From an uncultured Fibrobacteria bacterium (GTDB lineage: Bacteria > Fibrobacterota > Fibrobacteria > UBA11236), in the NCBI GenBank assembly GCA_963716395.1, contig OY970309.1:3680001-3744000 (forward strand): a DNA stretch of 64,000 nucleotides, read 5' to 3'. Below the pieces are notes generated by a model that searched no databases, was not told the origin of the DNA, and worked only from the letters and a program-made list of their open reading frames with translations. Numbering within the stretch: the stretch's first letter is position 1; each line of letters starts with the position of its first letter. This document shows, piece after piece, positions 18,358 through 27,603 of the stretch. The position numbers and the translations under genes are program-made.

Positions 18358-20573
18358 GGCTGCGAAGAATCCGGCGCGGCCCGCTTGGGTGCGACGGCCG
18401 GGGTCGGCACGGGAATGATGTCTTCGGGTTTCACCTGACCGTTGCGACGGTCCATGGCCTTGAATTCCTGGGCCATGTTCACGCCTTTTTGCTCGGGTCG
18501 CAAAATGTGCGGCGTAACATAGATCACGAGTTCCGTAGTCACTTTCAAATCCTGGTGGTAGGAAAACAGCCACTTGAGCAATGGAATGCTGCCCAGAATG
18601 GGCACGAACTTGCGCTGCGAATCCTCCTGCGAGGTGATGAGGCCGCCCAGAGCGATGGTTTCGCCGTCCATCAAATCCACATTGGTGGAAATGGAACGGT
18701 TGGTGATGGGCGCGGGGCTATTGCTCACGGCCTGGCCAGCGGTTTTGATGGTAGGGGTGATATCCACGTTGACGTCGCCGTGCTGGGTGATCCACGGCGT
18801 CAATTCAATGGTGATCCCGTCGTCGATGGCGCGGAAATCGTTGTTCTGAAATCCGTCCTTGGTCACCGAACTCACCTCGTAATAGGAGGTGCGCGTCACC
18901 TGCAATTGGGCTTTGTTGCCGTTGAGGGTGGTGATTTTCGGCTCGGCCAGCACGCGGGCCCGATCTTCGGATTCGAGGGCGTTGAGGCTGAGGTCGAAGG
19001 TGGGCGGCAGAATGCCGATGGCGCCGCGGAATGATCCCTGCTGAAAGGCATCGCGCACGCCGCTCAGACTGGTTTCCACGTTCAGGTTCGGCCCCTCGTT
19101 GGAGGACTTGCCGGCAGCCACGCCGAATTGCGCCGTGTGTTGCAGGTTGTACTCCACCACCACCACTTCCAGCATCACTTGCGGCGTGGGCAAATCGATT
19201 TTGCCGATGAATTCTTTGGCCTGCTCGATGTCTTCGCCCGTGCCCGCGATGAGCAGCGCATTCTGCTCCTTGACCACCGTCGCATTATCCTGCAAAGCCT
19301 TGGGCAACAGCTTGAGCGCATTTTCGGCGCGCGTGTATTTCAAGAAGACCAGGTCGGCTCCGGACAGGGCCTGGCCCGAAGGCGTGTTGGGATTGCGGTC
19401 GCCGACCAGCAAGGTGCCCTGGCGGTTGATGAAGGTGAAGCGCGTGCCGGTCAGGATATGCGCCAACGCCTCTTCCACGGGCACGTCGCGCATCTGGGCA
19501 TTCACGGTGCCGGAGAGGTCGCTGATCACCGAGTAGTTCAAGCCCGCCTGTTCGGCGATTTCGCGCACCACGTCGGCCAGGGCGGAATTATGGCAGGTCA
19601 AGGTCACCTTGCCGTCATGCACATCGACGTCGCCGTTGCCGCCCGCCCCCGGCAGGAAGCGGCGACGGCCGGGAAAGGCGGGATTGGCGGGTTCCGCCCC
19701 CTCTTCGGCTTCGACCAGATAGACGCCGCTGCGAATATGCACCGAGAAATTGTTCGCGGCCATGAGCGCCTTGAGGCCGTCGAGCGGCCGCACGTCGCGC
19801 AATTGGCCGCTCACCGTGCCATCGAGGCCCTGGCCCGGCACCACGTTGATGCCGGTTTTTTCTCCGAACTCGCGTAGAAACTCGCGGACGGGAGCGTTCT
19901 TCACATCGACGGACATTTTTCCGGCATGCATTTGCAGCACGCTTTGCACGATTTCTTTGTGGCGCTGCACGTGAAAGACGTCGCCTGTGCGCACGAAGTC
20001 CAGTCCGTGGCTGCTGCAGATTTGATCCAGGCCTTCCAGCACGGGAATTTTTTCCAGGTGGATGGTGACCTTGACATCGCCGAGGTCGCTGTCGGGCACG
20101 ATGCTGAGGCCGTAGGCCGTGCCGATGGATCGCAGCACATTGAGAATGGGCTCGTTGACATAATCGACGTTGAGCAAACGCCCGGTGTCGGGCGCGGCGC
20201 CGCGGGCCTGCGCCGCCTCTTCGCGCCGGGCGTGCGCGGATTTTTTGCCTTTGGCCGGATGGCGCGCCACGGTTCCCGCGGCCGGCGGTGCGCCCAAGGT
20301 CCGGGGCGGTTCCTTGCTCTCCAGATTGTTCGGCGCCGCATTGTCCGGACGCGTCGGAACCACGGTTCCGGCGCCGGGCGGCGTAGCCGGCGGCGCGGGG
20401 GCCTCGGGCGCCGTTTCCGGCGGCGCCGGCTGCTGCTCCGGAGCCGGATTCGACGGCGGTAGCGGCGGCGTTACGACCGGAGGCGGTGCGACGGCCGTGC
20501 TCTCGACCCCGCTGTCTTGCGCGGCCGCCGCCGCGGCCAGGGCCAAAGCCAGGCACCAGGCCCAGCGCATCAC
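18354..20573 (-). CDS. Secretin (GspD/PilQ family) with multiple N-terminal STN-like domains
   Basis: Signal peptide, Pro-rich linker, PQVMLEVVVVE, VLAEPKITTLNG, GETIALGGL, VPILGSIPLLKWLF, ELVIYVTPHI. Confidence 0.92.
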   Translation of the reverse strand: MMRWAWCLALALAAAAAAQDSGVESTAVAPPPVVTPPLPPSNPAPEQQPAPPETAPEAPAPPATPPGAGTVVPTRPDNAAPNNLESKEPPRTLGAPPAAGTVARHPAKGKKSAHARREEAAQARGAAPDTGRLLNVDYVNEPILNVLRSIGTAYGLSIVPDSDLGDVKVTIHLEKIPVLEGLDQICSSHGLDFVRTGDVFHVQRHKEIVQSVLQMHAGKMSVDVKNAPVREFLREFGEKTGINVVPGQGLDGTVSGQLRDVRPLDGLKALMAANNFSVHIRSGVYLVEAEEGAEPANPAFPGRRRFLPGAGGNGDVDVHDGKVTLTCHNSALADVVREIAEQAGLNYSVISDLSGTVNAQMRDVPVEEALAHILTGTRFTFINRQGTLLVGDRNPNTPSGQALSGADLVFLKYTRAENALKLLPKALQDNATVVKEQNALLIAGTGEDIEQAKEFIGKIDLPTPQVMLEVVVVEYNLQHTAQFGVAAGKSSNEGPNLNVETSLSGVRDAFQQGSFRGAIGILPPTFDLSLNALESEDRARVLAEPKITTLNGNKAQLQVTRTSYYEVSSVTKDGFQNNDFRAIDDGITIELTPWITQHGDVNVDITPTIKTAGQAVSNSPAPITNRSISTNVDLMDGETIALGGLITSQEDSQRKFVPILGSIPLLKWLFSYHQDLKVTTELVIYVTPHILRPEQKGVNMAQEFKAMDRRNGQVKPEDIIPVPTPAVAPKRAAPDSSQP

Positions 20574-22078
20574 GCCTGCGCCTCCATCACCGCGACCCGG
20601 ATCAACTCCGAGGCCGTGGTCAGGCCTTGGCGCATCTTATCCAATCCGTCTTCCACCATGGTGCCATACCCCGACAACCGGCGGATGTCGGATTCGCTTT
20701 TGCCCGTGACCACCGCCTCGCGCACCGTGGCGTCGAAGGGCAGAAGTTCGAACACCCCCGTGCGGCCGCGGTAGCCGGTATGATGGCAGGCGGGGCACCC
20801 CACGGCCGCGGGAATGAGATCGGGCAGATGGGGCAGAAACAGCTTCTCTTCCGTGGTGGGCGCAGCCGTACGCTTGCACGCCGGACACAAAATGCGCACC
20901 AAGCGTTGCGACAAAACTCCGAGCACGGCCGAGCCGATGAGAAAGGGTTTGACCTTGAGATCCAGCAGGCGGGTCACGGCCGACACCGCGTCGTTGGTAT
21001 GCAAAGTCGAGAAGACCAGATGGCCGGTTTGGGCCGCCTGCACCGCGATGGCTGCCGTCTCTTCGTCGCGAATCTCCCCCACCATGATCACATCGGGATC
21101 TTGCCGCAGAATCGAGCGCAATACGCTGGAAAAGGTCAGCCCCGCCTTCTCGTTGATCTGCACCTGGTTGGCGCCGTCGAGCCGGTATTCGATCGGGTCT
21201 TCGATGGTGGAAATATTGATGTCCTGGCGGAGTATGGCGCTGAGGGCCGCGTACAAGGTCGACGATTTTCCCGAACCCGTGGGGCCGGTGACGAAAAGCA
21301 TGCCCTGGGGGCGATGGATGATATGTTTCACGGATTGCAGCAACGCCGGCGACATGCCCAGCGAATCCAAAGTCGAAACATATTCCAGATGCTTGAGAAT
21401 GCGGATTACCACCTTCTCGCCCACGCGCGTGGGCAAGGTCGACACGCGCATATCGATGGCTTCGCCGTCAAAGGGCCATTTGATGCGCCCGTCCTGCGGC
21501 AGCCGCTTTTCGGAAATGTCGAGGTCGGCGAGAATCTTGATGCGCGACACCAAAGAAGCCTGCACCCATTTGGGCAATTCCAGCGCGTCTTTGAGCAACC
21601 CGTCTTTGCGGTAGCGGACCTTGACCAAGACTTCGCCCGGCTCGATATGCACGTCGGTGGCCAATTCGGAAATAGCCTGATTGAGCAAATTGTTGACCAA
21701 TTTGATCACCGGTTCCGATTGGCTTTTCTTGCGGATCTCTTCGATGCTCGACGCGTCGGAAATGGAGACATCGGATTTCAACAGTTCCGAGAGCAGGGTG
21801 CCGTTGCCCATGCCGCCGGCTCCCAACAAAGCCGCCAGGCGGGCGTCGATCCAGCGCGCATCCACGGGCGTGAAGTCGACCGGCGCGCCCAGGCGCAGTT
21901 GCAAGGCTTCGCGCAGCAATTCGTCGCCCGGATTCTGCGCGGCAAAGCGGTAAACGCCGGCTTCGCGGCCGAGGGGATAGACCCGGCCCCGCACGCAGAT
22001 ATCCCGCCCCGCGGCTTCCACCCATTCGGTTTCCGCCTCCAGCGATGCGGAGAACAGCGGGGAGTTTTTGTCGGGCAT
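20570..22078 (-). CDS. gspE: GspE/PilB family secretion/pilus assembly ATPase
   Basis: RLPQDG, GPTGSGKSSTLY, TIEDPIE, LRQDPDVIMVGEIRD, TGHLVFSTLH, tetracysteine CPAC..CPAC; start placed at ATG 22078. Confidence 0.93.
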   Translation of the reverse strand: MPDKNSPLFSASLEAETEWVEAAGRDICVRGRVYPLGREAGVYRFAAQNPGDELLREALQLRLGAPVDFTPVDARWIDARLAALLGAGGMGNGTLLSELLKSDVSISDASSIEEIRKKSQSEPVIKLVNNLLNQAISELATDVHIEPGEVLVKVRYRKDGLLKDALELPKWVQASLVSRIKILADLDISEKRLPQDGRIKWPFDGEAIDMRVSTLPTRVGEKVVIRILKHLEYVSTLDSLGMSPALLQSVKHIIHRPQGMLFVTGPTGSGKSSTLYAALSAILRQDINISTIEDPIEYRLDGANQVQINEKAGLTFSSVLRSILRQDPDVIMVGEIRDEETAAIAVQAAQTGHLVFSTLHTNDAVSAVTRLLDLKVKPFLIGSAVLGVLSQRLVRILCPACKRTAAPTTEEKLFLPHLPDLIPAAVGCPACHHTGYRGRTGVFELLPFDATVREAVVTGKSESDIRRLSGYGTMVEDGLDKMRQGLTTASELIRVAVMEAQA

Positions 22079-22108
22079 CAAGGTTGTTCTGCTTGGCTGG
22101 ATAAGTTG

Positions 22109-22140
22109 GGCGATAGATTTGGCGATAGATTTGGCGATAT
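22109..22140. repeat. 12-bp tandem direct repeat (GGCGATAGATTT, about 2.6 copies)
   Basis: Read directly from the sequence, 30-60 bp upstream of the gspE start. Confidence 0.85.
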
Positions 22141-22164
22141 AAAAACGGGCTCCAAAAGGGTACC

Positions 22165-22238
22165 TCAAATCATCGCCGCCTTCACCTTTCTGCCGCCGCC
22201 TTTTCGGCGCGGTCGGGTGATGGGCGTCGCTGATTTGA
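22165..22238 (-). other. Long imperfect inverted repeat / candidate structured leader RNA upstream of gspE
   Basis: Perfect outer stem TCAAATCA...TGATTTGA with inner paired segments; TATTTT box on the minus strand at 22246-22251. Confidence 0.55.
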
Positions 22239-22312
22239 AAAGCCTAAAATAAGAAGTTCGGTACGGCCCAAGCCGGCTTCGTCCTGCTACGGTTACGTTT
22301 CCGGCGGCCGGT

Positions 22313-22915
22313 TCACCACGAATCGGCAGGAGGCGTCGTGATGCGCCAGCGCGGGTGCAATATCAGTTCCCGGGTGCCGGTGTCCCGGCCGTCGCGCCAG
22401 CGGATTTCCACGCTGCGTACGTAACGGCATTCGGGGCCTTGCACCACCCCGTCGCGATCGCGATCCAACTCGGAAAAGTCGATGACGCCGTCGTGGTTTT
22501 CATCCAGGGAATCGAGCAAAGCGCGGCAACCCGCGTCATTTGCCGGGGCCTGACTGCAATCCGGACCCTGCGCGTCCAGGCTCAAAGCATACAGGTCGGG
22601 GACGGGCCGGCCGTTCCACAGCGCCGAATCGCCGGATTTTTCCAGGATCATGCGTTGGCCCCCGCGGGAAATAAACACCAAGGTTTGTGGTGAAACCGCA
22701 ACCAGGCCGCGGCCTTCCAGCAACCCGTTTTCCACCGCGGCCGTCCAGGCGGCTTCGCTTTGCACGAGATACAGCCGCTTCCAACCCAAATGCGCGGCCC
22801 CTCCCCAAGCGCGAAAAAAACGATAGGCCAAGGCTCCCACCGCCGCGGCCACGGCCAAGGCCACCACCAATTCCAACAGCGTAAAACCCCGACCGCGACG
22901 CATCTTCAATACCAT
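22313..22915 (-). CDS. Prepilin-type pseudopilin (GspJ/PilW-like) containing EF-hand-like loops
   Basis: Class III signal RGRG|FTLLELVVAL; DENHDGVIDFSE and DRDRDGVVQGPE. Confidence 0.85.
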   Translation of the reverse strand: MVLKMRRGRGFTLLELVVALAVAAAVGALAYRFFRAWGGAAHLGWKRLYLVQSEAAWTAAVENGLLEGRGLVAVSPQTLVFISRGGQRMILEKSGDSALWNGRPVPDLYALSLDAQGPDCSQAPANDAGCRALLDSLDENHDGVIDFSELDRDRDGVVQGPECRYVRSVEIRWRDGRDTGTRELILHPRWRITTPPADSW

Positions 22916-23361
22916 CGGTAATCGGGCAGCACCAGGAACAGGCGCGCCGTGTCCGTGGTCGCTGCCGGGGAACCTTCCGGCTGCGAACCGTCGGAAAACC
23001 AGGCCCGGAGCAGCACTTCCAGCGGTCTTTGCGCCCAGGCCTGGCGGATTTTATCGGTGACGAGGAGCGGGTCGAACAAGGTTTCACGCCGGGCGGAATC
23101 GAGCACGGTGCGCTGCAAGGTCAAGGTTCGCCCACTGACGCCGGAAAGGCTGAACTCTGTGTCTGGCAACGGCACCGACTCCGCCGCATCTTGCAGTTGT
23201 TCGGCTTGGGAGACCAAGGCTTCGAAGGCCGCCTGGCGTTGCCGCAAGCGCTGATCGGTGGCGAACCCGGCGCGCAATCCCCACCACAGGACGCCGGCGC
23301 CGGCCAGCAGAATCACCAGCGCGACCAGGATTTCGATCAAGGTGAATCCGCGTCGGTTCAT
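22906..23361 (-). CDS. Prepilin-type pseudopilin (GspI/PilV-like)
   Basis: MNRRG|FTLIEILVALVIL N-terminal methylation motif. Confidence 0.88.
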   Translation of the reverse strand: MNRRGFTLIEILVALVILLAGAGVLWWGLRAGFATDQRLRQRQAAFEALVSQAEQLQDAAESVPLPDTEFSLSGVSGRTLTLQRTVLDSARRETLFDPLLVTDKIRQAWAQRPLEVLLRAWFSDGSQPEGSPAATTDTARLFLVLPDYRWY

Positions 23362-24797
23362 GGCACGGAGAAGGAAAGCAGTTGGAATTGCGCCGTCGAC
23401 CGATCGGCGACCGGCCCGAAATCCCAGGGCTGAACGAAGTCCGGAGGCAGGGCTTCACGATCGAGGATGGCGTCGCCCAGGCAGCTTTGCCCGGGCGTGG
23501 CCGCACCGCAGCGCAACGTGGCCGCCACCACGCTGCCCTGGATCAAACCGGCCGGCCAAATCTGGTTGGCCAATAACACGCCGGTCACCCGGCAAGCCGA
23601 TCCTTCCAGAACGATTTTTCCCCAGCTGCCGGTGGAGACCACAAAGCCGCGCACCGCAGCCTGGCCTAGAATGCGGATGGCCTGGGAGGAATCGGCCGTG
23701 GTCGGCGCCTGCAAGACCAGGGAGTTGCCGGTCACGGCGGCCCGATCGCGCACGATGAGGTTGCGGCCCGACAGCAGCAGACCTTCGACTTGGGCCTGGT
23801 CCTGCAGAATCAACTGGCCTTGCGCGAACAGGGTCACATCCTGTCCTTGCGCCCCGCCTTCGAAATACACATCCCCCGCGGTCAGCAAGGTGACGTTCTT
23901 CAGCAGCACCGGGCCGCGCACGTGAATGCCGTGCTCCGAGGCGATGACGGCCGGCCCGTCCAGTTCCCACGTCGCGGCGCCGTCCTGCCGCAGGGTGACG
24001 TCGCCCAGGGGAAAAGACAAAGGCTTTCCCGGGCTCAGTGGCGGCGGCCGCGCGGAGGTGTATTCACCGTTGCCCGGCTCGGCGGCTTCGGCCGCCAGGG
24101 CTCCGCGCAATTGATTCAGCAGCGACTGGTATTTTTCGGCCACGTCGTCGTCGGCGTAGTTCGGCCCCTGGATGGCGGCCGGCAGCGGCAAGGTGGTGAT
24201 TCCCGCCATGGGTTTTTTCATGCGGATGGCGCCGCGTACCTGATCGGATCGAAAGGGTTTCAACGCCGAATCGCCGGTCAAGGTCAAGGCCGCCGAAAAC
24301 CACAAGGGATCCAGCACCCGGCCGAAGCGGGCCTGCACCGTGACCGATTCGGGACCGCTGACCCCGGTCGAACGGATATCGAGATAAGCCCGATCGCGGT
24401 TCACTTGCACCGTCGGAGCCGGCTGGGCCGAATCGAGATAAAAGCGAACGGTATCGAGCGCGGTGCGTAATTGGTCGTTCGCGAACACCGTGTCGCGGCC
24501 CGTGTCCGGAGCCCCGAACAGCCGTTCGCGAAAAAGCTGCAACGAGATGCCGGCTTCGGCCCGATAAAAGGCCTGGCGGTGACGCCGGTTGCGGGTCAGC
24601 AGGCCGGCTACATCACGCTGTTGCTTCCACAACAGGCCGACACCCAACGATGCCGCGGCCAGAATGATCAGTACCCAGGGTAGGGCCGCACCGCGCACCG
24701 CGGCCCGCGGCAATTCCCCGGTGCAGCGCAGATGGGATCGAGGCCCGGAAACCGCGTGGGCGGCTCGGGCCGGCGGCCACTGCGAGGAGAAAGGCAT
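23358..24797 (-). CDS. GspK/PilX-like minor pseudopilin with predicted beta-solenoid C-terminus
   Basis: RG|AALPWVLIIL and QAFYRAEAGI motifs typical of PilX/GspK N-termini; repetitive beta-strand C-half; start uncertain. Confidence 0.7.
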   Translation of the reverse strand: MPFSSQWPPARAAHAVSGPRSHLRCTGELPRAAVRGAALPWVLIILAAASLGVGLLWKQQRDVAGLLTRNRRHRQAFYRAEAGISLQLFRERLFGAPDTGRDTVFANDQLRTALDTVRFYLDSAQPAPTVQVNRDRAYLDIRSTGVSGPESVTVQARFGRVLDPLWFSAALTLTGDSALKPFRSDQVRGAIRMKKPMAGITTLPLPAAIQGPNYADDDVAEKYQSLLNQLRGALAAEAAEPGNGEYTSARPPPLSPGKPLSFPLGDVTLRQDGAATWELDGPAVIASEHGIHVRGPVLLKNVTLLTAGDVYFEGGAQGQDVTLFAQGQLILQDQAQVEGLLLSGRNLIVRDRAAVTGNSLVLQAPTTADSSQAIRILGQAAVRGFVVSTGSWGKIVLEGSACRVTGVLLANQIWPAGLIQGSVVAATLRCGAATPGQSCLGDAILDREALPPDFVQPWDFGPVADRSTAQFQLLSFSVP

Positions 24798-24811
24798 CGG
24801 CAGGATTCCCG

Positions 24812-25270
24812 TTACGGTTGCAGCCCGATTTCGAATTCTCCTCCGGCGTCGCGCAAACGGGCGTGATCCCCGTTGACTTCGATCAAGGTCGCGCCGCCCA
24901 CGCTTTCGCCCACCCGCAGCAAATGCTTGACGCCGGCTGAATCGATGATCATGGCCACGACGTCGTCCACGGTTCCGGTCAAAGTCCATTGGCGCCGGGG
25001 TTGGGGCCGGGCGGCCGGACGGGATCGCGAAGCATGCGGCGGAGTCTCGACGTGAAAAGGATTGCGGTTTTCCCCGGTGTCCGCGATGGCCGCACCCGTT
25101 CCGGTGTCGTTCTCCCGGGCGCGCAGCGCGGGTGGCAGCGACGAATCCGAGCGGGACGCGGGGGCATTGGTTTCCGCCACCGCTCCCTCCGGATAGGCGC
25201 GCACAAAAGCCCGCATCCCCACGGCCACGATTCCGGCGGCGATCAGCCAGGGCCAGGGCCGCAAGTTCAC
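24812..25270 (-). CDS. PilP/GspC-like accessory protein
   Basis: N-terminal TM, RNPF, LTGTV..AMII..LRVGESVGGATLIEV. Confidence 0.65.
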   Translation of the reverse strand: MNLRPWPWLIAAGIVAVGMRAFVRAYPEGAVAETNAPASRSDSSLPPALRARENDTGTGAAIADTGENRNPFHVETPPHASRSRPAARPQPRRQWTLTGTVDDVVAMIIDSAGVKHLLRVGESVGGATLIEVNGDHARLRDAGGEFEIGLQP

Positions 25271-25830
25271 GGTCGGGCCCCTTCCGCGGCGGTGTGCACC
25301 ACCAAGGTGAAATCCAGCGACAGTTTTGCACCCGCTTCACCGGTGCGCAGCAACACTTCGTCAAAATAGGCTTCGGGGTGCCGCTCCCGGAGATCGCGGA
25401 ACCAGCGCAGCGCCGCGGGATAATCGGCGCGCACCTCCCAGCGCAGCCGCACGGCGCGCAGGCCGTCGGCCGAGTCTACCGAGGAGGACAGGCGCAAGAC
25501 TTCGCAGCCCGCGGCTTGCGCCTCGCGCCGCAGAGGATCGGAAATTGCCGACGCTTCCCGTTGCGGCGACAGTTCGCGCCGCACGCGGTTTTGCATGCGG
25601 TGCAGCGCCCCCACCTCGTCGGTCAGTGCGGCGCGGGTCGAATCGAGCCAGGGCGCGCGGTACACGTTTTCGTGCAGGACCGCCAGCTCGGATTGCAGCA
25701 GCCGGCGCCGGGCCGCCAGATGCTGGGTCGGACCCAACAGCAGGGCGATCAGCACACACGCGGGCAGCACCGCCGCGGCGAAGCCCAGCGTTTTCACCCG
25801 CGGCGAAGCGCTATCGCTCCAGGATTTCAC
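25267..25830 (-). CDS. PilO/GspM-like inner membrane protein
   Basis: GTG overlaps the upstream stop; TM, coiled coil, ADYPAALRWFRDL; position in operon. Confidence 0.65.
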   Translation of the reverse strand: MKSWSDSASPRVKTLGFAAAVLPACVLIALLLGPTQHLAARRRLLQSELAVLHENVYRAPWLDSTRAALTDEVGALHRMQNRVRRELSPQREASAISDPLRREAQAAGCEVLRLSSSVDSADGLRAVRLRWEVRADYPAALRWFRDLRERHPEAYFDEVLLRTGEAGAKLSLDFTLVVHTAAEGARP

Positions 25831-27173
25831 GGCGTCTCCGCCAAGGTGCAGGTGGCGTGATACGAAACCCGTTTTCGGGAGGGATCCTGCCGCTGATCCG
25901 ACAAGGCCACGTCGGAGAAGTACGGCAGCTTGCGCAGCCGCTCCTGCACGGGGCGGATTTCGTTCCAGTCGCCGACCCAGCCCAGAAAGCTCACTGTCTT
26001 TTTCCCGTCGCCCGCGGTGCGCAGCAGCACGCCGTCGAGCCCGGCATGAGGCGGCAACGCCGCGGCGATGCCGCGCAGCACCCGGTCGACGGGAGTGGGG
26101 CGATGCCACAACGGCCGCAGTTGCAACAGCGAATCGAGCACATTCCGGCGCTCCGCCCGCAGCGCCTGGATTTCCTCGACCCGGCTCGCATATTGCGCGG
26201 CCTGCGCGCGCGCGCCGGCCAAGGCGGAACGCACCGATAGCAGACGCGCGCCTTCGCCCAGGAAAGCCAGACCGCCCAAGAGCAAAGCCGCCAAGGCGGT
26301 TTTCGCCAACCGATCCCACATGCGGATTTCCAGATTGGCATCCTGGCGGCGGGCTCCGGCACGGTTGTGGATGGCCCCCTCCTCGCGCACGGCGGCCAAG
26401 GCCAATCCGAAATGCCACAGGTCGGCCCCGGGTTTTGGACCTCCTCCGTAACCAGGCGGTGACGGAAGCGGGCGGGTTTCGCCCAGGGCCGCGGAAATGT
26501 CAACGTGCGCAGATGCGGGAAGGTCGGCGAAAACCGCAAACTCTTCGCCGTCCCCCGGCTCCTGTGCATAGAGACGATGCTCGGACAAGCGCTTGCAGGC
26601 GAAATCAAACGGCCGATCGGAGACCCGGATCAGGTGATAGGCCTGGGCATGGCGATAGGCCAGCGAATAAATCCACCCGCCGCGGGCCAGCACCAACTGG
26701 AATTGCGACCGGCCCGTGGTACGCGCCGTCCAATCTCCCAGGGCGACCACGGCCAGTTCCAGGGGCAGCAATTGATCCCACAGACCGGGCCGCTCGCTTT
26801 CGTCGGCCCCGGCCAAGGTGGCGAACACGCGGTGCTGCGAACCCAAATGCGTGTCTTCGAGATGGGTCACATGCCAGCCCTGCAAGGCCAAGGTCTCGGA
26901 TTTCGGCCCCAAGGCTTCGCGCATCGCCGAGGCGACCATGGCTTCGGTGATGGATTCCCCGTAGGGCGTACGCACTTCGATCTGCAGGAAAGGGAGCCCG
27001 GCCACGCCGGCGCAGGCGCCGTCGACCCGGCGGATCAGCCGCCACGAAGGCGGTGCGGCGGACGGCTCGAAGTGTTCAAGCACGGGATCGCCGGGAGCCC
27101 GCCACTTGAAAAAAGCCAATCCGGGCGCGGGCCCTTGAACGGCCAGGCGCAATGGGCGACGCAACCAGGACAA
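25827..27173 (-). CDS. GspL-like / PilM-PilN fusion protein
   Basis: About 270-aa cytoplasmic domain, single TM, coiled coil, PilN-like C-terminus (LRKLPYFSDVAL). Confidence 0.65.
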   Translation of the reverse strand: MSWLRRPLRLAVQGPAPGLAFFKWRAPGDPVLEHFEPSAAPPSWRLIRRVDGACAGVAGLPFLQIEVRTPYGESITEAMVASAMREALGPKSETLALQGWHVTHLEDTHLGSQHRVFATLAGADESERPGLWDQLLPLELAVVALGDWTARTTGRSQFQLVLARGGWIYSLAYRHAQAYHLIRVSDRPFDFACKRLSEHRLYAQEPGDGEEFAVFADLPASAHVDISAALGETRPLPSPPGYGGGPKPGADLWHFGLALAAVREEGAIHNRAGARRQDANLEIRMWDRLAKTALAALLLGGLAFLGEGARLLSVRSALAGARAQAAQYASRVEEIQALRAERRNVLDSLLQLRPLWHRPTPVDRVLRGIAAALPPHAGLDGVLLRTAGDGKKTVSFLGWVGDWNEIRPVQERLRKLPYFSDVALSDQRQDPSRKRVSYHATCTLAETP

Positions 27174-27183
27174 AGCGGTTCCT

Positions 27184-27603
27184 TCACTGCAACAAACGCA
27201 GCACGTCGTTCAGTTCGGCGCGAATCCGCTCCAGCTCTTCGCGCCCGAGCGAGGCCGACGCGTCGGCGGCGGACGTCTTCGCACCCGGCTTGGGCGCGGC
27301 CATCCAGGACCGAAGCAGCGAAACCTGCCCGGCCACTTCTTCGAGCGTCACTTCCAGGAGTTTTTTCTTGGCGCCCTGGATGGTGTACTTCTCTTCGTGC
27401 AACAGGTAACGGATATAGTGGATGTATTGGATTTCCTTGGCGCGATAGGCGCGGTTGCCGGCGCGGTTCTTGCGCGGGCGCATTTGCGCGAATTCGGTTT
27501 CCCAATAGCGCAGCACATGCGGCTCCAAGCCGGTCAAACGGCACACTTCGGAAATGGCGTAATAGAGTTTTCCCCCCTCGAGGCGCTGCAAGCTGCCTTT
27601 CAC
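27184..27603 (-). CDS. MerR family transcriptional regulator
   Basis: KLYYAISEVCRLTGLEPHVLRYWETEF..RAGNRAY..YTIQGAKKKL; GTG overlaps the plsY stop. Confidence 0.9.
   Translation of the reverse strand: MKGSLQRLEGGKLYYAISEVCRLTGLEPHVLRYWETEFAQMRPRKNRAGNRAYRAKEIQYIHYIRYLLHEEKYTIQGAKKKLLEVTLEEVAGQVSLLRSWMAAPKPGAKTSAADASASLGREELERIRAELNDVLRLLQ

Noticed and set aside
22109-22140. Possible CRISPR array
   Set aside because: The 12-bp units are contiguous with no spacers, and there are no cas genes.
22148-22245. Hairpin as SRP RNA, 6S RNA or c-di-GMP riboswitch
   Set aside because: It lacks the CAGG/AGCA SRP loop (a better SRP match is at 44561-44682), is too short for 6S RNA, and has no GEMM consensus.
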